Of a DNA stretch of 64,000 bases, positions 56,656 to 64,000 are shown piece by piece. The notes beneath the pieces were generated by a model. The model did no database searches and had not been told where the DNA came from. It saw only the letters and a list, made by a program, of their open reading frames with translations. This DNA comes from TPA_inf: Saccharomyces (lineage: Eukaryota). The DNA is taken from assembly GCA_000146045.2 (NCBI GenBank), contig BK006943.2, positions 224,001 to 288,000 on the forward strand, read 5' to 3'. A program made the position numbers and the translations under genes. Position 1 is the first letter of the stretch. Every line of letters starts with the position of its first letter.

Positions 56656-57184
56656 TGCCTGGCATTATTTGCAGAAGTTCTCTTCCTGTGTTAATAATGA
56701 ATGACGATGAGTTAACAATGACCCTTATGTATACAACGAAAGGACGAATGAAAGAAATGAAAATATTATCTTTTTTTTTTTTTTTCTCAATTTTCCTTCA
56801 CTTTTAGAAGTTTTTCCGTTCCGCGGATTTTGTTCGTCGGACCTTTTGCTTTATTTGTCTCCAGATCTCTCGAGCATAATGGTCGTTTTTCATTTCATGC
56901 TTATAGTCTTTGTCTTTCCAGCGGTACCCCCACCCCCTATCTTGGGCTATTTTCTAATTTCGTCCCTCGGATTATTTAATTCATATTCTCCCCACCTTTG
57001 TATTACTAAATTTATTTTCCAATGCTCTTTTCACTCATTCTTCCTTTTGCATATTTCTATCAGTATATATAGCGAATTGTATATATAAGCGTCTTGTTAC
57101 CGGTATAGGAATTACCTGATAGAAAGAAATAGAACATAATAGGAGGAAGGGCAAACAGTGCGCCAAAACGAAAGATAGTAGAAG

Positions 57185-59380
57185 ATGTTTAGAGTATTTG
57201 GTTCATTTGGATCAAAGGGTAATCAATCTTCTGGTGAAGAGCAATCAACAAAGACAAAACAGGTTCTGAAGCAGGCTAATGACTTTGAGATCGCCTTAAA
57301 GGCAATGGATTTTGTCCTTGATGATAGAACGGATGAAGGGTTGAATTTGCTGAAAAAAGCTGAAATGGAAACTGGTTCAGATCAAACTATCTTGACTTTG
57401 GCAAGAGGTGTTATTGAATTTCTTCAAGCCACTTTGAGTTTTGAAACTGAAGAAATGAAAAGAGCTGCAATTACTTTAGGCAAAGCTGAGCAAATGTCCT
57501 GGAAAAGTAAGCAAAATGCTGAAAAGACCAATTTTAGGAGCAGTTCAATATATCCTCCCGGTACTGTCTATGCTGTAACATATACTGAGTCATGTCTGTT
57601 GCATGCCTTGTTGATGTTATTTAGTGAAAGCATGATGGAAGCAGCCAAGGCTTTGCTAAAGTTAAGGAGGGCTTATACAATGTTACAAGATATCATGGTT
57701 ACTGTCAAAAAAGCTGAACGATCGAAAAATTCGAGCTCTCCCTCTCCAAGCGAAAAGAGCCAAGAGTCATGCGGAAGTTTTGTTTCTGCAGAGACAACTT
57801 TCATATCGGTTGATATACCATACAAATTGTCTTCCGAGGACAAGTCCAATCCACTCCTATTGGAATTTGCTGAAAAAATCTACACGATGAGAATGGGAAG
57901 GTTATCAGGTGCCCATATTGGCAATACTCCATCTTTTCATAGGTTAAGGGATGATTTGGGTTTACAGACGACTCCGTCTCAAGCTTCCGACCGCCATTCT
58001 GTTTCAGATGATTTCGATTTAGAACAGGCTACCATCGACGAATTCATCCATTCAGGTGCTAATTTATGCTATGGTATCTTGCAAGTCGTCTTATCCTTAC
58101 TTCCACCTGCAATCGGTGCTGTGCTATCTATTGTTGGATTCAAGGGATCCCGTGAAGAAGGTTTGAGGCTAGTTTGGAAGGCTACAAAGGAGAGAAATGT
58201 TCACGGGTGTATAGGTTTGTTAGGTCTGATGTTTTATTACGACGGTCCTTTCCAATTTACAGATGCTGACTTTGATATACCACCAAACGATAATGGATCG
58301 AGGGCTTTAAACAAAAGCAGAACAAACGATAGTAGCCTTTTACCAGGTTATATGGACAGTGCAACCTTATTGCATCCTGGAAAAATTCTGGAGGACGCAT
58401 TACTAAAAGCAAGAGCACTTTTTCCTAATAGTGCCCTGTGGCTGCTAAATGAGGCCAAAATGCTTGCTGGAAAGGGCAGGCTTCGTGATTCTCTGGCCCT
58501 AATGGACTCTATTGATGTCAATAGTATCCGTATGAGACAAGTGAAATCGTTGATGGTGTTTGAACGTGCGATCCTTTTAGTCAACTTACACGAATACAAC
58601 AGAGCTGCCGATGATTTAATAAGTTTGCTTGATATTAGTGATTGGTCTCACGCATTGTACACTTATTTTGCGGGTTGCTGTTACTTGGAAAATTGGAGGA
58701 TGACACAATTAGGCTTATTAAATGACGGTAAAGAACAATTCTATAAAGAGCGGGCTCGAGAACTCATATTTGACGCTCCATCTTTGTTAGGTAAGAAAAC
58801 GTTCAAATCCAAAAATCTTCCATTGGATAGATTCATGCTTAGAAAAGTTCAACAATTTAATAATATGCAGAAGAAATTAAACCTACAAGAACCACTAGAC
58901 TCAATAGCAACATCACCTGTCCATGAACTGGCTTATTTCTACAACGGTTACAACAGGATGACTGAAAACGATTTAATTTTGACCAAAAAGATGTTGACAG
59001 AGTATCACAACCCCGCCATTGATTCGGAAGACCCAGATCAAGAGCTGATCAGAAACTTACTACTATCCTTGACCTTAAGAAGATTGGGGGATGCTGAAAG
59101 AGGTTTAGCCTTGTTAGATGACATTGTTCTGCCAAAAATATTCTACATTCAAAATGGCAAAGTCAAATATTTCAAAAAAACCGAAGACCCATGGGCATAT
59201 CCAGCCGCTCTTTATGAGAGAGCTTTATTCTGTTGGAAACTGGGTGGCATGGAAAGTTTGAATGAATGTAGGGAATGGCTGCTAAGAGCCCAAAATTATG
59301 CCGCCGATTACGAATTGAGTACGCGTATCGGTATGAAGATCAAAGCCGCCCTTGATAGAGTTGAAAACGCGCTTGCTTAA
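57185..59380 (+). CDS. IML2: Inclusion-body clearance / mitochondrial outer-membrane-associated protein, 731 aa
   Basis: 731-aa ORF starting '[40 protein letters not shown]'. Matches YJL082W; a TPR-like helical protein. Confidence 0.8.
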   Translation: MFRVFGSFGSKGNQSSGEEQSTKTKQVLKQANDFEIALKAMDFVLDDRTDEGLNLLKKAEMETGSDQTILTLARGVIEFLQATLSFETEEMKRAAITLGKAEQMSWKSKQNAEKTNFRSSSIYPPGTVYAVTYTESCLLHALLMLFSESMMEAAKALLKLRRAYTMLQDIMVTVKKAERSKNSSSPSPSEKSQESCGSFVSAETTFISVDIPYKLSSEDKSNPLLLEFAEKIYTMRMGRLSGAHIGNTPSFHRLRDDLGLQTTPSQASDRHSVSDDFDLEQATIDEFIHSGANLCYGILQVVLSLLPPAIGAVLSIVGFKGSREEGLRLVWKATKERNVHGCIGLLGLMFYYDGPFQFTDADFDIPPNDNGSRALNKSRTNDSSLLPGYMDSATLLHPGKILEDALLKARALFPNSALWLLNEAKMLAGKGRLRDSLALMDSIDVNSIRMRQVKSLMVFERAILLVNLHEYNRAADDLISLLDISDWSHALYTYFAGCCYLENWRMTQLGLLNDGKEQFYKERARELIFDAPSLLGKKTFKSKNLPLDRFMLRKVQQFNNMQKKLNLQEPLDSIATSPVHELAYFYNGYNRMTENDLILTKKMLTEYHNPAIDSEDPDQELIRNLLLSLTLRRLGDAERGLALLDDIVLPKIFYIQNGKVKYFKKTEDPWAYPAALYERALFCWKLGGMESLNECREWLLRAQNYAADYELSTRIGMKIKAALDRVENALA

Positions 59381-59801
59381 CCTTTTGCTTCTTCCGCCCC
59401 AACATTTTAGAAGTATGCATTTTTTTTTTTCTTTCGACTACTTACCTTCCCTTGCTAGCAGTTATTACAACCATCATTTTTTCGTGACGTTTCATAGTTT
59501 TTTTATATTTTTACGCAATGGGTTTCCCGAGTAGTTAGTTCTACGGTGTCGATATATATAGTGTTATGATTTTAAAAATGAACATATTTAAATTTTTGAA
59601 CCTCCTTCTTAGTTATAGGCCAAGTTCATTACTCCCTAGGAAACAAAACCGGTCCATCGTAGAAATTTTTTTTATTTTACAAAAGGGTTATAGTAGAATC
59701 AAGACAATTTATTTATCACTGAGATATTGATCGAGTAGATGAATGGTCGCTCAAACTGCTAAACTGAAAGGCGACTTGTCATTCAACAACGTTTTCTATT
59801 C

Positions 59802-61271
59802 CTATCTAAACCTATCGTTAAGCAATCTTTCGACGCCCACCTCTTCGTATTCCTTTTTCCCAACCCACAGTTGGTGAAATGTTCCCAGACTTGTAAGTAT
59901 ACTACCGCCAAGCCATGACTGGTATTGCCTTTCGATAGTGTGCCCTGTTGTTAATATTCTAAATTTAAGGGATGGTAGTATTTTGTTTAGTTCTGTCATT
60001 AACCTATCACTTAATCCAGGAATAGAGGATGTACCGCCTGTAAGGACAACATTATGAGCTAGTGTCGCTCTTAGATCCACATCACTGCTCATTATAGACG
60101 AATAAACAAGATCCGCTAGACCAATCAATTCATTATTTTCTTTAGGAGGCTTTTCTTCTTCTAACGGTCTCTTACCGGTTTCATTTGGAGTGTCTGCACT
60201 ATTTGCAGCCGGAGAAGTAGATTTGCTTACAGCTTCCTGTTCCTTTTCTTCAGTTGGTGTAACTTTCTTGTCTGATTTGTTCACTCCGCTTGGCTTGGTT
60301 CTTTTTAGCGGCACGTAATCATTCCGCCAAGTTTTCACAACTCCAGAGTTCGAGCGAGGCCAATTTGCTGGGATGTCATCTTCTTTTGGAAGGAAAAGCT
60401 CTTCAGCAAAGCCGTAACGAGTTTCGTTGTCAAAAACAATCTCCTCATTCCAAGGACTTTCAATAGATCTTTTAGCCGTAGAACTTAATTCTGTTTTCGT
60501 TTCTTCCAAAGTTTTTGTTGGGCATATATGACAAAGTGTTTCTTTGCACTCTTGAAAGAACCCTCGGTTATTGGCGTAATCATACAGCGATTTATCAACC
60601 TCATAGTCGAATGTTTTTTTTATAAACTCTGGTTTTCTTTGCTTGATTGCGAAAAGTGGTATGATTTCTTTGGGTTCCAATGCCTTTTTAATCAAGTGAT
60701 TGATAAATTTCCCAGCAATAAAATTTCTTCTTGTACTCTTTGATAATGTCATACCATCCACTATTGGACTGACGCTGCAAGTATCATGTCCAATATCAAC
60801 AACCAAACAATTGGGTCTACCTGCTGCAAAAGAAACGCATGTCGATGTGGGTGCTAAGTAACAGGCTTCAAATTGCATGCCTTCTAAGAGCACTTCTAAA
60901 GATTTTTTCCTGTTTTCTGTGCTATTCCAAACGGGCTCAGTTAACAGAGCTGGTATTCCGGAGTTGGAATTCAAATAGAGTTCGTTCTGCAATGCCCATT
61001 GCCACTGTTCTTGTGCGGTATCCCAGTCTATGACTAGACCGTTCTCGATAATAGGTTTCAGTTCATAATCTTTTCTTGGAATTCCAATTGATTGTTCAGA
61101 AAATATTTTCTTATTGCCTTCATCTGCAGTGTATTTACCGTAAACAGAGGGCAGAATTGATTGAGGGAAGTCAGAACCCGAATAGCCAATATTTGTTGTG
61201 TATGAGCCAGGATCAATGACTACTGCGGAAACTTCGTCGCCGCCATAAACTTGCAAAGCAGCATTGGACAT
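59802..61271 (-). CDS. ARP4: Nuclear actin-related protein of the NuA4/INO80/SWR1 complexes, 489 aa
   Basis: ORF track 59802..61286. The 489-aa product starts at Met6 ('MSNAALQVYGGDEVSAVVIDPGSYTTNIGYSG'). Actin fold with an insertion. Confidence 0.88.
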   Translation of the reverse strand: MSNAALQVYGGDEVSAVVIDPGSYTTNIGYSGSDFPQSILPSVYGKYTADEGNKKIFSEQSIGIPRKDYELKPIIENGLVIDWDTAQEQWQWALQNELYLNSNSGIPALLTEPVWNSTENRKKSLEVLLEGMQFEACYLAPTSTCVSFAAGRPNCLVVDIGHDTCSVSPIVDGMTLSKSTRRNFIAGKFINHLIKKALEPKEIIPLFAIKQRKPEFIKKTFDYEVDKSLYDYANNRGFFQECKETLCHICPTKTLEETKTELSSTAKRSIESPWNEEIVFDNETRYGFAEELFLPKEDDIPANWPRSNSGVVKTWRNDYVPLKRTKPSGVNKSDKKVTPTEEKEQEAVSKSTSPAANSADTPNETGKRPLEEEKPPKENNELIGLADLVYSSIMSSDVDLRATLAHNVVLTGGTSSIPGLSDRLMTELNKILPSLKFRILTTGHTIERQYQSWLGGSILTSLGTFHQLWVGKKEYEEVGVERLLNDRFR

Positions 61272-61557
61272 AGTTATGCTTTTCACCGCCTTATAACGAA
61301 GACTCTTTTTTTGCCTAAAATCCTTGGTTTTCTGTACATCTTGTTTTCTTTTTTTTCTTCTCGCTGTTTCGTCGTCTTCTCCATTTCTTATGTTCGTGTT
61401 ACTTCAACTTCAAAATAGCTTTAAATGGGAACTTTTCAAAGAAAAACTAATGTAATCTAACTATTTTAAAAACGTACACATCGTAGATATTAATGGATTA
61501 TATAAGTAAGTAAAAGCCAAAATCTATATTGAAAAAAATTGGTTTCAAAGAGCTTGT

Positions 61558-64000
61558 CTATCTTCTTAAGGATTTCAAAACCATTTCACCGGCCTTTTCG
61601 ACACCAGCTTTGGTACCTCTAATGTACACAACATCATTGACTTTGTCAGACTTCCTTGGGACGTTGATGATAACGTCGGCCGCTTCTCTAATCTTTTTGA
61701 TGTTAGAACCACCTGGGCCAACAATCATATTGAATCTTCTGGTATCAGCACCCCAGACGTAACCGGCATATGTAGCAGATGGTGCCTTGGCAATTCTTTC
61801 TTTAATCAACTTAACAGCAGTATCGAGAGCTTCTTCCTTCTTAGCGGAATCGTTTGAAGTGTCCTTTGTGACTTCCTTTTCTTCACCGTCAGAGAGAATG
61901 CTACTCAAATCAATTGGTTCATATGTCAACCTCATGGTAATATCACCTTCCTCGGAAGAAGTTGGTGCACCGACTTCTTCGATGGTAAATTTAGTCTTTT
62001 CTGCATTTTCGCCTTCGGTAGATCCACAGACTTTCTCTAGAGGAATTTCGATTGGAGCACGAGCTAATTTGTTAGCCTTCTTTGAGGTGTTACCAAATCT
62101 TACATTGACGGATAAATCCATTCTCAACTTTTGTATGAAAGCACCACGTTCTGAAACATATTCATAAATGGAGGCAGGAACATCGACTTCTCGGTCAAAA
62201 TTTTCCCTGATTATTTCATTCAAGATTTTCTTCTCAGCTTTCTCGACATTTTCTGGTGCACCGGTAATAGTTATTTTGCCGCTAGGGTCATCCTTATTAG
62301 GAACGAATAAGTTAATGTTAAATTCGGATTCTAGTTGACGACGAACAATCCCACCAGGGCCAATCAAAGCACCCTTTCTTTCTGCTGGAATATCAATGGT
62401 CTTAGTAACACTATTTTCAGCATCCTTGACAATCTTGTTAATTTCCTCGACAACCTTTTTGACAAACTTTTGAGGACCTTGTACGGTAATGTCTTTATTT
62501 TCGGAGTCTGCGTTAGGAATATCAACAGACTTATTTCTAATTTCTTCACCACCAGCCTTGGAGATAATTTCTCTTAAAATATGACCACCGCTACCAACAA
62601 TTGACTTATGGTATTTGTGATCAATTTTCAAGACTTCAGTGACAAAATCGGAGGCTTCGGCAACAATGGATTCCACACGTTTGGCGGCATCTTTTATGTT
62701 TTGTCTAGAACCAGTGATCTCCAGTTCAACCTCACCAGTTTCCTGAGCCTTTGGATCGGTGCTCTTTTGTAAGAAATCCATCTCAACACCGTATTCAGCT
62801 CTGATGTCGTTGATATTGTCACCATTCTTACCGATAATTCTTGGGACGTGCTCAGCTGGAACATTAATAACCATCTTATGTCCGTTCTCCATTTCAAAAT
62901 CTAACAGAGCTTTCAATTCTTCATGAGCTTTATTGACACCACGAGAAGGGCCTCTAATGGTGACAATTTCATTGTCTCTTGGGAAGTTAATGAAGACATT
63001 GTATTTTTCCTGCAAACGGTTACGATAAGTACCGTGTGGACCAATCAGACTACCATGAAACTTAACTGGAACAATTAGTTCCTTTGTGATGATATCAGCC
63101 CATTTTTTGGCTTCGGCAGCCAAATATTTCTTGGCATGAGTCAAGTTGTATTCTAAACCAGTCAAAGTAACTTCGACAGTCTTATCTTTCGAAGCATTAT
63201 TGTTCTCTTCGTTTGGAATATCAATTTGGCAGGCAAACTTCTCACGAATTTGTTGTAGGTTGGAGCCCTTGTTACCAATTAATCTGGCAACTGAGTTGGC
63301 TGGAATATTAACAGTCATTTTGCTTTTGCTCGATGGAGAATTCAAAATAGATTCAAAAATTTTGTTAGCAGCTTTGGCAGCTTTTTCATCACCTCTAACA
63401 GTTAACTGATTTTCTTCAGGGGTATGTAGTTTAATTTGAAGGTGGCCTTCTTGTTCAGAAATGTCCTCCATAATCAATTTCCATGTAGCGGAAGATGGTT
63501 TAAACAATGAGTCTTGAACCTCCTCGGAAAATTCGTAAGTTTTAGTCTCCATGTTGTTTTGTTTAGTACGTAGAGAGTTTAATGACTCATTGGCCTTGTT
63601 CAAAGATGCTTGAATCTCTTCAATAGATGGCTTGAAATCTTCATCTTCAGTTAAAGCAACAAGTAAAATACTGTTATCATTTGGATAATAATCACCGAAT
63701 TGAACAAAGGCAACGCTGCTTTCGGAAGCTAATAAACAATGTTTAATAGACCCGCCGAACAACTCGTAATCCAAATCTGTGATAACCAGGGTTTCGGAAG
63801 GTGGAATATTGTTCACAAAAGAAATCAATTCTTTACGAACGGCCTTGATATCGTTTGCCTCATCAGATTTTGCGCTGATGTGGATGGTAACAGTTTCAGC
63901 TGTTGGCAATGACTGTATGGATGGTAAAGATATTTTAACATTAGGATGAGATTCTTCAAGACCCTTTAAAACGGAGTACTTGGTGAAATACATGATTAGA
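61558..64000 (-). CDS. SCP160: Multi-KH-domain RNA-binding protein (vigilin homologue); 3' ~2.4 kb of the gene, N-terminal part beyond the window
   Basis: Repeated KH-domain signatures ('IIGKNGDNINDIR', 'LIGPHGTYRNRL', 'IVGSGGHILREI', 'LIGPGGIVRRQL', 'IVGPGGSNIKKI'). The ORF is still open at the window edge, and the 'M' at 63993 is internal. Confidence 0.85.
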   Translation of the reverse strand, partial: LIMYFTKYSVLKGLEESHPNVKISLPSIQSLPTAETVTIHISAKSDEANDIKAVRKELISFVNNIPPSETLVITDLDYELFGGSIKHCLLASESSVAFVQFGDYYPNDNSILLVALTEDEDFKPSIEEIQASLNKANESLNSLRTKQNNMETKTYEFSEEVQDSLFKPSSATWKLIMEDISEQEGHLQIKLHTPEENQLTVRGDEKAAKAANKIFESILNSPSSKSKMTVNIPANSVARLIGNKGSNLQQIREKFACQIDIPNEENNNASKDKTVEVTLTGLEYNLTHAKKYLAAEAKKWADIITKELIVPVKFHGSLIGPHGTYRNRLQEKYNVFINFPRDNEIVTIRGPSRGVNKAHEELKALLDFEMENGHKMVINVPAEHVPRIIGKNGDNINDIRAEYGVEMDFLQKSTDPKAQETGEVELEITGSRQNIKDAAKRVESIVAEASDFVTEVLKIDHKYHKSIVGSGGHILREIISKAGGEEIRNKSVDIPNADSENKDITVQGPQKFVKKVVEEINKIVKDAENSVTKTIDIPAERKGALIGPGGIVRRQLESEFNINLFVPNKDDPSGKITITGAPENVEKAEKKILNEIIRENFDREVDVPASIYEYVSERGAFIQKLRMDLSVNVRFGNTSKKANKLARAPIEIPLEKVCGSTEGENAEKTKFTIEEVGAPTSSEEGDITMRLTYEPIDLSSILSDGEEKEVTKDTSNDSAKKEEALDTAVKLIKERIAKAPSATYAGYVWGADTRRFNMIVGPGGSNIKKIREAADVIINVPRKSDKVNDVVYIRGTKAGVEKAGEMVLKSLRR

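Overview
This window is native Saccharomyces cerevisiae nuclear DNA from the left arm of chromosome X. It is a collinear run of 25 protein-coding genes (SET4 YJL105W through the 3' part of SCP160 YJL080C) plus one tRNA-Arg(ACG) gene. Calls rest on the translated ORFs and the motifs visible in them: PHD+SET, Zn2Cys6, GTPase G1, two K+-channel pore loops, Walker A helicase, kinase subdomains, KH repeats. The 1.05 kb before SET4 is intergenic; the upstream neighbour, presumably IME2, ends before the window. Several ORF-track entries start upstream of the real start codon: SET4, MEF2, CHS6, PHS1, MRPL49, KHA1, GWT1, ARG3, EXO70 and ARP4 start at internal Mets, and I give trimmed coordinates. Every ORF longer than about 150 aa is accounted for by a known gene. 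I find no Ty element or LTR, no CRISPR (not expected in yeast), no rDNA, no intron-containing gene and no inserted foreign block. I do not see a novel or undescribed system here. The findings are smaller: promoter elements readable in the sequence (Yap1 and Cbf1 sites at GSH1, Gcn4 site and TATA at ARG3, STRE/CCAAT and a repeated motif between GSM1 and MEF2, MCB-like sites at DPB11, SRS2 and BCK1), a tRNA with no Ty remnant, an ACS match that could mark an origin, a poly-His tract, very tight convergent gene pairs, and antisense or overlapping ORFs that I reject as non-coding.
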